NCBI GenBank assembly: GCA_902632605.1
Contig: CACPDB010000003.1
Span: forward strand, 66,342 to 130,341
Direction: 5' to 3'
Origin: an uncultured SAR86 cluster bacterium
Lineage (GTDB): Bacteria > Pseudomonadota > Gammaproteobacteria > Magnimaribacterales > AG-339-G14
Length of the DNA stretch: 64,000 nt
The stretch's first letter is position 1; each line of letters begins with the position of its first letter. The notes beneath the pieces are model-generated. The model was not told where the DNA came from. It made no database searches and saw only the letters and a list, made by a program, of their open reading frames with translations. Positions 38,861 to 48,834 of this stretch are shown one piece after another. The position numbers and the translations under genes were made by a program.

Positions 38861-40678
38861 ATGTTTTGTGTATGGGACGATGTAAATTCCCCTGAAAATT
38901 TAGAGGGTTTAAGTTTTATCTATTGGAGTAAAAGTTTTAGCTTAGAAAATTCTTCTTTTTCAATTAAAGATATTTTAGAAAAAAACTCAGATAGATATAA
39001 ATCTTTTTATTTAGAATTCGTACTAGAATTAGGTCTCTCCGAGCACAACGGTAAATCAGTGATAGATTTACTTGCTTTTAAACCTGATTTTAGTTTTTGG
39101 TGGATGACATTAATTGCTCAAAAAAACAATTGGGCTAAATCACCTCAAATTAATCATATACTCAAGCTGATGGTCTTAGAAGATTGGCTAAACAGAAATA
39201 AATGCAAAAAATTATTCATAAATACTAGAAACTTTGAATTATTTAGATCTATAAGCAAGTTATGTAAAACAAAAGATATTAAATTAATAAATTTAAAGAA
39301 AAAAAATTATTTTTTAGCCCGTTTAAAAATAATTTATACAAATAAGTTTTTTTATCTTTTTAAATCCTTTTTTTGGCTTTTAAGGGAAACGGTCCTATCT
39401 ATTCCTTTTGCTATCACTTCCATCTCCATTAAAGAAATTTTTAAATCAAATGTTATTTTCATCAGTTATTTATCTCAAAATGAAATAGAAAATGATAAAG
39501 AACTTAATTCAGATTATTGGGGTCCTTTGCCTAGTTACATTAATAAAAATAATATTTCATCTAATTGGTTATATCTTCCCAATAGAAAATTAAGTTTTTT
39601 TAAAAATTTATTATTTTTTAAAAACATTAAAGAGCAGCAAATTAATCAAAATAATTATTTCAGCATATCCTCTTTTTTTAGCTTAACTTTGCTGGGTGAG
39701 ATTTTCAGAAATTTTCTATTCATTTTTCGACAATCTAGACTTGTCTCAACTTCAATAAAAAAAGAAAGCTCATATTATTGGGACCTTCTAAATAATGATT
39801 TAAAAAAATCATTATTTGGACCAGAAATGATAAGAAATCTATTTTATTTTTCTTTGTTTGGAAGGATTTCTAAAACTATTTCAGCAAACAACTTAATTTA
39901 TTTATATGAAAATCAACCTTGGGAGTTATCTGCCTCTTATTTTTTTGGCAAAAAGACTAAAAGAATTTTTGGATTTGCTCATTCTTCAATAAGATATTGG
40001 GACTTAAGATATTTTAATTCTCAGAGAATATACAAGAATAATTCTAAGACTCTCTTTCCTTTTTTTTGTGATCTTATCGTTCATGGTAAAAATGATTTAA
40101 AAAATATGACTGAATTTGGATTTCCTAAAGAAAAAATAAAAGAGGCAGAATCTTTGAGATATATATATCTGAATAAATATTTATCTACTTCAACAGAGCA
40201 TAAAATGTCTAATACTTTTTTAGTTTTAGGAGAATATTTAAGATCAGATACAAAATTTATGGTTGATTTATTAACATCAGAAAATGTAAAAGAAGTTCTT
40301 GAAAATTATAAAATCATATTTAAGCCACATCCCCTATGTCCTGTAAAAAAATCAGACTTTAAAGATTTGAATGTTGAGATTAATTTTTCTGCTCCGGGCA
40401 AACTTATATCTCAATCAGATTTAGTATTTGTAGGAAACGTATCTTCTATTGCGTCTGAAGTTATTACATTAGGAAAACAGCTAATTTGTGCTAAAGATTT
40501 AACTCTTTTAGATATGAGTCCATTGAGAGGGTATAAAGGAATTTCTTTTGCTGTTGATAGCGATAGCTTTTCAAAGGAATTAAGAAAAAAAACTTTTGGC
40601 CAAAAAGATACTTACCAAGAAAGTATTTTGAATTTAGATGAAAGCTTAAAATTATGGAGAAATATCTTAAAAATTTAA
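38861..40678 (+). CDS. Putative surface-carbohydrate transferase (LIC13510/TIGR04326-like)
   Basis: FSFWWMT, S.YWG.LP, YENQPWE, H..IRYWDLRY, E.LRY, KPHP; family assignment from memory. Confidence 0.65.
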   Translation: MFCVWDDVNSPENLEGLSFIYWSKSFSLENSSFSIKDILEKNSDRYKSFYLEFVLELGLSEHNGKSVIDLLAFKPDFSFWWMTLIAQKNNWAKSPQINHILKLMVLEDWLNRNKCKKLFINTRNFELFRSISKLCKTKDIKLINLKKKNYFLARLKIIYTNKFFYLFKSFFWLLRETVLSIPFAITSISIKEIFKSNVIFISYLSQNEIENDKELNSDYWGPLPSYINKNNISSNWLYLPNRKLSFFKNLLFFKNIKEQQINQNNYFSISSFFSLTLLGEIFRNFLFIFRQSRLVSTSIKKESSYYWDLLNNDLKKSLFGPEMIRNLFYFSLFGRISKTISANNLIYLYENQPWELSASYFFGKKTKRIFGFAHSSIRYWDLRYFNSQRIYKNNSKTLFPFFCDLIVHGKNDLKNMTEFGFPKEKIKEAESLRYIYLNKYLSTSTEHKMSNTFLVLGEYLRSDTKFMVDLLTSENVKEVLENYKIIFKPHPLCPVKKSDFKDLNVEINFSAPGKLISQSDLVFVGNVSSIASEVITLGKQLICAKDLTLLDMSPLRGYKGISFAVDSDSFSKELRKKTFGQKDTYQESILNLDESLKLWRNILKI

Positions 40679-40762
40679 TTTTTTCCTTTTTAAATAATCT
40701 AGTGAATTAGATTTTTTAAGCAAATTAAATTACGAGTAGAATTAGGTTTTAGGGTTGAAGAA

Positions 40763-41542
40763 TTGAAAACTGATAATTTTACTTTTTATTTAGACTTTGA
40801 CGGAGTTATTGCAGATTCTGCTCAAGAATGTATAAAAACATCTTTTGATGCATGGTTAAAATATAACAAAGAAATGCTTGAAATGAATATTAAAAAGGAT
40901 TTTGAATCTTTCCGAGATCTTGTAACTGAAAATGCTTTAAAGTATAGATTTTTAGTAACCCCCCCCGAGCACTATTATTGTCTTATTGACTTCATTGCAC
41001 AGGAAATACTTTCCACAAAAATAGAATTGACCAATAAATCCGCTCAAAAGAAATTTAGAAGAAGTACGCAAACTGTAAGCCCAAAACTCCTAGAAAAGTT
41101 CAAGGTAGATTTTTTTCTTACAAGAAAAGATAGATTAGAAAAGTATGGTAAGTCAAATTGGCTATTAGAAAACCCTCCAACAAAATTTCTAGAAAAATTT
41201 CTTAATTTAATAAAACAAATTAATTCAGAAATAATAATAATTTCTCGCAAAGATCGAAACTCTATTTCTTTATGGTTAGATGAGAAGAAAATAAATGTAA
41301 GTCAGATTTTCTGCAATGAAAAAATATCCCAATATGATAATAGTAAATTCAATCTTATAGAACATCTTCAAAGTCAAAAAAACTATAAAAAAGGAATTTT
41401 TATTGATGATTCTGCTGAAGAAATTATTTCAAAAGACTGGAAAAGCATTTCTATTACTCCAATACTTGCAGGATGGGGTTACAATCTTAAAAAAGATAAT
41501 TCGGAGAGTGTTTTAAATCAAATACAAACAGAAATCTTATGA
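40763..41542 (+). CDS. HAD-superfamily phosphatase (TTG start)
   Basis: DFDGVIADS, SRK, IDD, WGY. Confidence 0.8.
   Translation: MKTDNFTFYLDFDGVIADSAQECIKTSFDAWLKYNKEMLEMNIKKDFESFRDLVTENALKYRFLVTPPEHYYCLIDFIAQEILSTKIELTNKSAQKKFRRSTQTVSPKLLEKFKVDFFLTRKDRLEKYGKSNWLLENPPTKFLEKFLNLIKQINSEIIIISRKDRNSISLWLDEKKINVSQIFCNEKISQYDNSKFNLIEHLQSQKNYKKGIFIDDSAEEIISKDWKSISITPILAGWGYNLKKDNSESVLNQIQTEIL
40959..40966 (+). repeat. C8 homopolymer inside the HAD gene
   Basis: ACC CCC CCC GAG; longest G/C run seen in the window. Confidence 0.9.
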
Positions 41543-42519
41543 TCTTTATAACAGATTACATCAAAAATTTTGAAATTGAGGAAGAAATCTTAGGAAGTAA
41601 TTTTTCATCTTACAAAGAAGAACAGTTAGACAAATCTAAAATCAAAGTTTTGCTTGTATGGCATGCTGAAATAAATGAAATAACCCTTCAGGATTTTCCA
41701 AATCTACACTCCATTGTTAGATACGGGGTAGGAGTAGATAATATAGACATAGATTTCTGCAGGAAGAATCGTATCGAAGTTTTTAATAATCCAGATTATG
41801 GCGTTGATGAGGTAAGCGACACAACGATTGCAATGATTCTTGCTTTGGGAAGAAATATCGGAAAATATAACAATAAAGCTAAAGAGCTCATTAAAGCACC
41901 TAATATTGAAAATCCTTGGCAGGAAAATACTGATTTTTCTTCTATTAGATTTAAAGAGATTTCTCTTGGATTAATTGGCGTAGGAAGAATTGGAAGTTCT
42001 GTTGCCCTAAAGATGAAAAATATTGTAAGGAATTTAAATTTTTATGATCCTTATGTTCCTTTAGGATACGAAAAAGTTCTTGGAGCAAATAGATTTAATT
42101 CACTCGAGAAATTGTTGGAAAATTCTCAAATAATTTCCTTTCATGTACCTTTAAATGAGGAAACGAAAGGCATGATCAATCGATCTTTTATAAATAAAAT
42201 GCAAGATAATTCAATTCTTATAAACACCTCAAGAGGAGGAATTATTGACTCTTTAGATTGTTTGTACAATGGTTTATCTTCAGGAAAACTTTCATCATTA
42301 GGTTTAGATGTCTTACCTCAAGAGCCGCCATCATTGTCTAAAAAAGAAGAATTATTAACATCTTGGATTGCTGAAAATAATGAATTAAGTGACAAAATTA
42401 TAATTAACCCTCACACTTCTTATTATTCGCCTGAAAGCTACAAAGAAATGAGGGAAAAAGCAGCAACAATGGCTCTAAATTGTTTACATAAAAAACAAGT
42501 CGACAATAAGATTGTTTAA
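41539..42519 (+). CDS. D-2-hydroxyacid dehydrogenase (CtBP-like)
   Basis: RYGVGVDNID, GVGRIG, HVPL, NTSRG, DV...EP, PH. Confidence 0.9.
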   Translation: MIFITDYIKNFEIEEEILGSNFSSYKEEQLDKSKIKVLLVWHAEINEITLQDFPNLHSIVRYGVGVDNIDIDFCRKNRIEVFNNPDYGVDEVSDTTIAMILALGRNIGKYNNKAKELIKAPNIENPWQENTDFSSIRFKEISLGLIGVGRIGSSVALKMKNIVRNLNFYDPYVPLGYEKVLGANRFNSLEKLLENSQIISFHVPLNEETKGMINRSFINKMQDNSILINTSRGGIIDSLDCLYNGLSSGKLSSLGLDVLPQEPPSLSKKEELLTSWIAENNELSDKIIINPHTSYYSPESYKEMREKAATMALNCLHKKQVDNKIV

Positions 42520-42533
42520 AAAAATTTTAAGTT

Positions 42534-43592
42534 ATGAAAATTGGAATAAATGGATTAGGGAGGATAGGCAGATCTATTCTAAGGCAATCCTTAAACAACG
42601 AAGATATAAATATCTGCGTTATTAATGATTTAAACCCTGACATTAATAATATTTGTTACACAATTAATTACGATACGATTTACGGTCCTTTAAAAAATAA
42701 AGTTGCAGTATCTAACAATAAAATTCTTTTACCGAATGGAAATAAAGTAGAGGTACATAGTAAGAACTCTATAGAAGAAGTCCCATGGAAGAATTGTGAT
42801 GTTGATTACATTATAGATGCAACTGGTGTTCTGAAAAATGTACAAGATGCTAATAAACTTACTCAAGAAGATATTGTCAAAAGAATCTTTATCACCCATG
42901 CTCCAGAAAAATTTGTAGACTTTACAATGGTGTTAGGTTGTAACGAAGAAAATTTAAATGTTGATCAGCACTTTGTAATAGCCACTAGTATCTGTGATGC
43001 AACTGCTATAGCTCCGGTATTAGAGTTGTTAGATAGAGAAGTAGGTATAGATAGTGGGCAGATAACAACTCTTCACCCTTGGTTAAGTTATCAAAATTTG
43101 ATGGACGGTTCTTCAAGTAGTTGGTCAGTTCCTGGAGAAATTTATCATCATTATGCTTTGGGAAGGTCTGTCATAGGAAATCTCATTCCAAAACCTACTT
43201 CTGCTATTACAGCCACCACTCAAGTATTGAGTCGAATAAAGGAAAGCGACATTGGTTCCTTTTCATATAGAACACCTACGTCTATTGTAGGGAGTGCTGA
43301 TATGACCTTAAAATTATTAAAGAATATTAGGGTAGAAGATATTCATGATATCTTAGAGTCATTTAAGTCACAACAAAAATGGGACATCTTGAATCTAACG
43401 GAAGAACCTCTCGTATCTCTCGATTTTGTAAATACTAAGTACTCTGCAGTGGTAGATAAACGATGGACATCTATTCACGGTAAGGACCTGCTTAAATTAG
43501 TTCTTTGGTACGATAACGAAGCAGGTTACTCATCAAGAGTAATAGATCAAATTAAATATGTAGATACTATTTTACAAAATAAATCGAAATAA
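42534..43592 (+). CDS. Divergent GAPDH/erythrose-4-phosphate dehydrogenase family protein
   Basis: GINGLGRIGR, DATG, catalytic Cys in ATSICDAT, TTLH, WYDNE.GY. Confidence 0.88.
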   Translation: MKIGINGLGRIGRSILRQSLNNEDINICVINDLNPDINNICYTINYDTIYGPLKNKVAVSNNKILLPNGNKVEVHSKNSIEEVPWKNCDVDYIIDATGVLKNVQDANKLTQEDIVKRIFITHAPEKFVDFTMVLGCNEENLNVDQHFVIATSICDATAIAPVLELLDREVGIDSGQITTLHPWLSYQNLMDGSSSSWSVPGEIYHHYALGRSVIGNLIPKPTSAITATTQVLSRIKESDIGSFSYRTPTSIVGSADMTLKLLKNIRVEDIHDILESFKSQQKWDILNLTEEPLVSLDFVNTKYSAVVDKRWTSIHGKDLLKLVLWYDNEAGYSSRVIDQIKYVDTILQNKSK

Positions 43593-43593
43593 A

Positions 43594-44283
43594 ATGAAAA
43601 CTGTTGCTGTCATACCTGTAAAAAAAGTATCAGAAAGAGTAGAAAGTAAAAATTTTAGAAATTTTCATGAAGGAAAATCTCTTTTTGAGCTTTTGATAGA
43701 TAAGTTAATAGATTCAAAAAGTTTTGATGAAATATATGTTTCTTCAAATCTTTATAGTTTAAAAGATACCTTGAATGAAAAGGGTATAAATTTTATTTCT
43801 AGACCAGACGAATTTTGCAATAACGATGTTCCTTGGAGTGATGTAATTGCTCATGTAGCTGAAAGCATTCCAGAAGACGATGATTCTAATATTGCTTGGT
43901 GTCATACAACTTCTCCTACATTCAATAGATATAAGGAAGCTATAAGTAAGTATTTAAAGCAAAAGAAAGAACTTAAAAATGATGGTTTGATAACAGTAAC
44001 AAAATCATCAGACTTTATTATTTCAGAAAAACTTCAGCCTTTAAATTACAGCTGGGGACCATGGCATCAATATTCACAATTTTTAGAAAAGTTTTTTTAC
44101 ATTACTGGAGCCTTATTCATAACAACAAAACAAAACATGTTGAAAAATAGATATGTCATCTCAAGAAATCCATTCTTATTTGAAGTAAATAATTACGAAT
44201 CAATTGATATTGATTCTGAATATGACTTTGAGCTTGCTAAAATCCTTTTAGAGAATAAAAAAAAATTGATAAATAATGATTAA
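43594..44283 (+). CDS. Cytidylyltransferase (NeuA/KdsB superfamily)
   Basis: IPVK..SERV..KN, HTTSP, E.IDID...D. Confidence 0.85.
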   Translation: MKTVAVIPVKKVSERVESKNFRNFHEGKSLFELLIDKLIDSKSFDEIYVSSNLYSLKDTLNEKGINFISRPDEFCNNDVPWSDVIAHVAESIPEDDDSNIAWCHTTSPTFNRYKEAISKYLKQKKELKNDGLITVTKSSDFIISEKLQPLNYSWGPWHQYSQFLEKFFYITGALFITTKQNMLKNRYVISRNPFLFEVNNYESIDIDSEYDFELAKILLENKKKLINND

Positions 44284-45040
44284 AAAAAATTATTTAAAGG
44301 AAAAACTTTTAAATGGTGATACAACTATTGGTACTTGGCTATCAATTCCCTCTGAAATAAACACTGAGATTATAAGTCTTGCAGGCTTAGATTTTGTAAT
44401 TATTGACCAAGAGCATGGCCCTGTAGGTTTTGAAACTGCACAAAAAATGGCTATTTCAGCAGAGCTTCATTCCACATCTCCAATTTTGAGGCTCGGAGAT
44501 ATAAATAAGGCTTTTTTTCAAAATGCCCTAGATATTGGGATACATGGTATTCAAATTCCAAATGTAGAAAAAAAAGAAGATGCAGAAAGAATAATTAAAT
44601 ATTCCAAATTTCCTCCTCTGGGAGAGAGAGGACTATCTCCTTTTACCAGAGCTGGAGGATATAACAGAAATAATTCTGATGTTATTACTTCATCAAATAG
44701 CAATACCTTAGTTATCCTAAATATTGAAGGAAGCGGAGCTTTAGAAAATCTAGACCAAATACTTGAAATCCCTGATGTCGATATTATTTTTGTAGGACTT
44801 TATGATTTGTCAAAATCACTTGGCATTCCAGGTCAAGTAAATGATGTCAAAGTTCTAAAGCACTTAGAATTAATAACAAAAAAAGCCCTAGATTCAAAAA
44901 AATTCGTTGGCACAATCGCAACATCAAAAGATGCAATCAAAGACTTCATTAACCTAGGCATGACCTATCTAGTTTATTCTGTAGATTGCGATGTTTTAAG
45001 AAATTCTTATCATGAAATTGTAGAGTTTGTAAAAGATTAA
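44276..45040 (+). CDS. Second HpcH/HpaI-family aldolase
   Basis: DQEHG, LD.G, FPP.G.RG, IEG, G.YDLS. Confidence 0.92.
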   Translation: MIKKNYLKEKLLNGDTTIGTWLSIPSEINTEIISLAGLDFVIIDQEHGPVGFETAQKMAISAELHSTSPILRLGDINKAFFQNALDIGIHGIQIPNVEKKEDAERIIKYSKFPPLGERGLSPFTRAGGYNRNNSDVITSSNSNTLVILNIEGSGALENLDQILEIPDVDIIFVGLYDLSKSLGIPGQVNDVKVLKHLELITKKALDSKKFVGTIATSKDAIKDFINLGMTYLVYSVDCDVLRNSYHEIVEFVKD

Positions 45041-45105
45041 AAGTTTAATTTTTCCCTATTCTAAAAAACTGTCTCAGATATTTTATTTATAAAAATTTAT
45101 GGAAA

Positions 45106-47007
45106 ATGAATAAAAAAATTAAAAAACTAATTATCATTGAACATCCTTACCAAGCAGAGTACTTCGAGAAATATTTTCAAGAAAATAACTTTTCCGATAA
45201 TTTTCATGTCCTAGCCCTCCATCCAAAAGCTCAAGCACTACTTAAAAGTAAAAATATAAATTTTTTAAATACAAAAGATTTTTTCAAGAAAGAGGACCAT
45301 GAATCTATTTTGAAAAAAGGCACTGAGATTTCCAATTTTTTAAAAAAAGATTTTTTTCTGTCTGATTCTTTTGGAGTGAAAAATGCTTACAAATCCGATT
45401 TTTTTAGAATATTCCATCATCACTATTTGAACTATTGTTTATCAATAATCTCCATTATCAATAATGCGGTGACCGAATATAATCCATCTGAGTTAATACT
45501 CCCTGAGAAATTTAATCCAGAAAGTATAAATAGATTTGATTTAAATTCATCATTAGTTGGATTTATTGGAGCCTTATATTCAAAAACCAATAAATTAGAA
45601 TTTAAAAATGAAGGGACTAAATCCAAAAAAGCTTTAAAAAAAAGAGTCTTAAAAAGTTTTATCCATCGAACTATTTTTAAAGCTCAAATTATTTTGATGA
45701 GAATTTTTTCTTCTAATAAAAAAATTATATGGGCAACAAGTGCTTCTTATAATATTCCTCGATTAGTAGAAATATTCAAAAAAGAAATCAATCCATCTTT
45801 CATTATTGGCATATCCAGACCGAGGACAATAGAAAAGATATTATCTTTGTTTACAGGAAAAAATTGGAACTTTTATGATTTCCCGCCTCCTGCACCATTT
45901 CAAAAAACAAAAGATTTTCTTAAAAATTATGAAAAATTAATTTTGCTTTTAGAATCAAATATTAAATTAAATCCTGAGTTATTTTTATACAATAATATTT
46001 CTTTGATTGGCTTAGTTTTAGATTTTTTTACTAACGGATTAAAGAATGAAATTTTAAAAACTTTCAATGGTTCTTTTGCGTTTGACAAAGTTACATCAAC
46101 AAAAAAACCATTCCTTATAATTTCTAATCATGCATCAAGCTATCACTATGCAATAGGGGAACAATGCAAGTCAAAAAAGATAAAAGCAATTTTGGTGTCT
46201 CATGGAACCCATGTTCTTAGTAAAGATATTTTAGCGAAAGGTATTTGGCAAGATCATGCTGGTTATATGTTTCATTCAGACTTTCCATTCATTTCAGTTC
46301 AAACACCACAATCTCTAAATTTCTTAAATAGTATAAAAAATCTTTCGTCTATTCCTTTGAAAACAGGACCTTTAATATTTTCTGAGCAAAAAAATAAAGA
46401 AGAATCGTTAAAAATTAGAAAGAAATTATTTCCAAATAACTATAAGAATAAGATAGTTTTGCACGCTGCAACACCATACTCTTGGCAGTACTTTTTGCCA
46501 TATGTAAATTTAACTTTGGATGAGTATGTAGAATCTATAAACGATATTATCAAAGCAGTTGACGAAATTGAGAATCTTTATTTAGTTATTCGATTAAGGT
46601 TGAAAACTTTTCCTGGCATGTCAATAGATGAAATTAAATCACTTTTTATTAAATCAAAATCTTATGAAATTCGTCACGACGGAGAATTTGATGACTTTCT
46701 ATCAAGTTGTGATTTATTGATTAGTTATTCTTCTACTACAATTGAAGAAGCTCTTAATTCAAAAAAACCTGTCTTGCAATATGATCCTTACTCTAGATAT
46801 TCACATATTGAAGCATTAGATATGCAAGATAATAATTCTGATGAATTATCTACAATCTACTATTCAAAATCAAAAAAAGACTTAAAAACAAGTTTGAAAT
46901 GGATAAAAAATAATCATTTAGAAAAAGAAGGTTTGAATACTCTTTCTTGGGAGGCACATAAGCTGGAGTTTGATAAAAATTGGATATATAAAATAATCAA
47001 TAATTAG
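45106..47007 (+). CDS. Uncharacterised GT-B-like/capsule-synthesis protein (putative transferase)
   Basis: VSHG motif, C-terminal D.LISYSSTTIEEA....KPV; very AT-rich; context. Confidence 0.55.
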   Translation: MNKKIKKLIIIEHPYQAEYFEKYFQENNFSDNFHVLALHPKAQALLKSKNINFLNTKDFFKKEDHESILKKGTEISNFLKKDFFLSDSFGVKNAYKSDFFRIFHHHYLNYCLSIISIINNAVTEYNPSELILPEKFNPESINRFDLNSSLVGFIGALYSKTNKLEFKNEGTKSKKALKKRVLKSFIHRTIFKAQIILMRIFSSNKKIIWATSASYNIPRLVEIFKKEINPSFIIGISRPRTIEKILSLFTGKNWNFYDFPPPAPFQKTKDFLKNYEKLILLLESNIKLNPELFLYNNISLIGLVLDFFTNGLKNEILKTFNGSFAFDKVTSTKKPFLIISNHASSYHYAIGEQCKSKKIKAILVSHGTHVLSKDILAKGIWQDHAGYMFHSDFPFISVQTPQSLNFLNSIKNLSSIPLKTGPLIFSEQKNKEESLKIRKKLFPNNYKNKIVLHAATPYSWQYFLPYVNLTLDEYVESINDIIKAVDEIENLYLVIRLRLKTFPGMSIDEIKSLFIKSKSYEIRHDGEFDDFLSSCDLLISYSSTTIEEALNSKKPVLQYDPYSRYSHIEALDMQDNNSDELSTIYYSKSKKDLKTSLKWIKNNHLEKEGLNTLSWEAHKLEFDKNWIYKIINN

Positions 47008-47067
47008 ATTGCTTTTTAAATATAAGACTTTTTAATACATACCTAAATATTTTAAAAAAAGAAAAGC

Positions 47068-47868
47068 ATGAATCCTCTGATATCAATTATTGTACCTATT
47101 TACAACAGCGACTCTTTCTTAGACCAAACTATTAATAGCATCATTTCACAAACTTATACCCAATGGGAACTTATTCTTGTTAATAATGGCTCATCAGATA
47201 GATCAAAATTTTTAATGGATTCTTACGAAAAGAAAGATCAGCGTATAAAGTGCATACATTTTGAAAAAAATTCTGGAGGTCCAGCATTTCCAAGAAATGA
47301 GGGCATGAAAATATCTAAAGGAGAATACGTTGCATTTTTAGATGCAGATGATTTTTGGGAAAAGGAAAAGCTTGAAAAGCAAATATCTCTCATAGACTCA
47401 AACACAAAATTAATAATATCGTCCGAAGCTTACAAGGTAGACGAATTTAATAAAAACGTAGGAGAGTTTAATAGATCTTATCTTTTTAAAAGGCTGAAAA
47501 AATTCTTTGATTTTAAAAATATCTTTCTAATTTATAACCCTATAATTCTTTCAACAAGTCTAGTTAAAAATAGTCCTGATTTAAAATTTCAGGAGAATGA
47601 AAATTTGCAATCTATAGAGGATTGGGCCTTCTGGATAGATTTAGTGTCTACCGGGTATGAAATAAAGATTATTGATACTCCATTATGTTCATATCGAGTC
47701 CATAAAGATTCTCTGTCAAATAAAAACAATGAAAATCAATATAAAAAAGGCTATGTTTTATATAAAAATCTTTATTTAGAGGGAAGGATAGAGACTTATA
47801 AATATTACTTTTTAATAATGATTCAATCATTTAGATTGCTGAAATTTAAATTTTTAGGAAGAAAGTGA
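47068..47868 (+). CDS. Glycosyltransferase family 2
   Basis: SIIVP.YN, GS.D, RN.G, FLDADD, ED. Confidence 0.93.
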   Translation: MNPLISIIVPIYNSDSFLDQTINSIISQTYTQWELILVNNGSSDRSKFLMDSYEKKDQRIKCIHFEKNSGGPAFPRNEGMKISKGEYVAFLDADDFWEKEKLEKQISLIDSNTKLIISSEAYKVDEFNKNVGEFNRSYLFKRLKKFFDFKNIFLIYNPIILSTSLVKNSPDLKFQENENLQSIEDWAFWIDLVSTGYEIKIIDTPLCSYRVHKDSLSNKNNENQYKKGYVLYKNLYLEGRIETYKYYFLIMIQSFRLLKFKFLGRK

Positions 47869-47910
47869 ATTTATTTGTTAAGTTTTAATAAAAACTAAAC
47901 CATAAAAGTA

Positions 47911-48825
47911 ATGAAAGTATTAATTTCAACATCTAGTTTTTGCGAATTCTCTAGTTCTCCAATGGAGTTATTATCAAAGAAAAAATGGGATTTAACTTTA
48001 AATCCTCATGGAAGAAAGATGAAACATCAAGAGATAATAGATTTGGCAAAAGATGCAAATTACATAATTGCTGGCACTGAGACTTATGATAAAAGGCTAT
48101 TGAATAAATTAACTAATCTTAAAATTATCTCAAGAGTAGGTGTTGGATTAGACAATATCGATATTGATTATGCCAAAAAAAAAGGAATTTTAGTACTTAA
48201 TACACCTTTATCGCCTTCTTTAGCCGTTGCCGAGTTTACAATATCTTTAATGCTAAATTCTCTGAAAAAATTAAATGAAACTTCTCTCGATGCGATGAGA
48301 GGCTTATGGAATAAAAAATCAGGATTTTTATTATCAAAGAAAACAATCGGAATCGTCGGGGCGGGAAATATAGGAAAGAAAGTAATTAAATTGATGTCAA
48401 ACTTTAAGAATAATTTTTTGGTTTTTGACGAGTATGAAGACAAAGAATTAAAAAATAAAAAGAATATTTCATATGTTCCTTTAGAGGATGTTTTCAGTAA
48501 ATCTGATGTAATTTCACTCCACTTATCTTTATCTAAAAAAACTAAAAACTTAGTAAATAAAAATCTGCTTAACCTGATGAAGAAAGATGCTTTATTAGTG
48601 AACACATCTAGGGGAGAAATAATTAATGAAATAGATTTATATAATTTTTTAAAAAAAAATAAAAACATTCAAGTTTCCCTAGATGTCTTAAAAAAAGAAC
48701 CCTATCAAGGTCAGCTTCTAGAGCTTCCCAATATATTCATCACTCCGCATATTTCAGCTTACGCAAAAGAAACAAGAGTAGAAATGGAAATAGAAGCAGT
48801 GAAAAACCTTATTAAATCTATTTAA
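47911..48825 (+). CDS. Phosphoglycerate-dehydrogenase-like D-2-hydroxyacid dehydrogenase
   Basis: RVGVGLDNID, AVAE, GAGNIG, NTSRG, TPH. Confidence 0.88.
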   Translation: MKVLISTSSFCEFSSSPMELLSKKKWDLTLNPHGRKMKHQEIIDLAKDANYIIAGTETYDKRLLNKLTNLKIISRVGVGLDNIDIDYAKKKGILVLNTPLSPSLAVAEFTISLMLNSLKKLNETSLDAMRGLWNKKSGFLLSKKTIGIVGAGNIGKKVIKLMSNFKNNFLVFDEYEDKELKNKKNISYVPLEDVFSKSDVISLHLSLSKKTKNLVNKNLLNLMKKDALLVNTSRGEIINEIDLYNFLKKNKNIQVSLDVLKKEPYQGQLLELPNIFITPHISAYAKETRVEMEIEAVKNLIKSI

Positions 48826-48834
48826 AAAAAATTA

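Noticed and set aside
40696-40717. AATCTA-GTGAAT-TAGATT hairpin plus T run as a terminator
   Set aside because: Stem is almost all A-U and too weak to call
41539-43592. Vitamin B6 genes epd/pdxB or glycolytic gapA
   Set aside because: Divergent active-site motifs and embedding between CMP-transferase, aldolase and transferase genes favour a glycan role; not fully excluded
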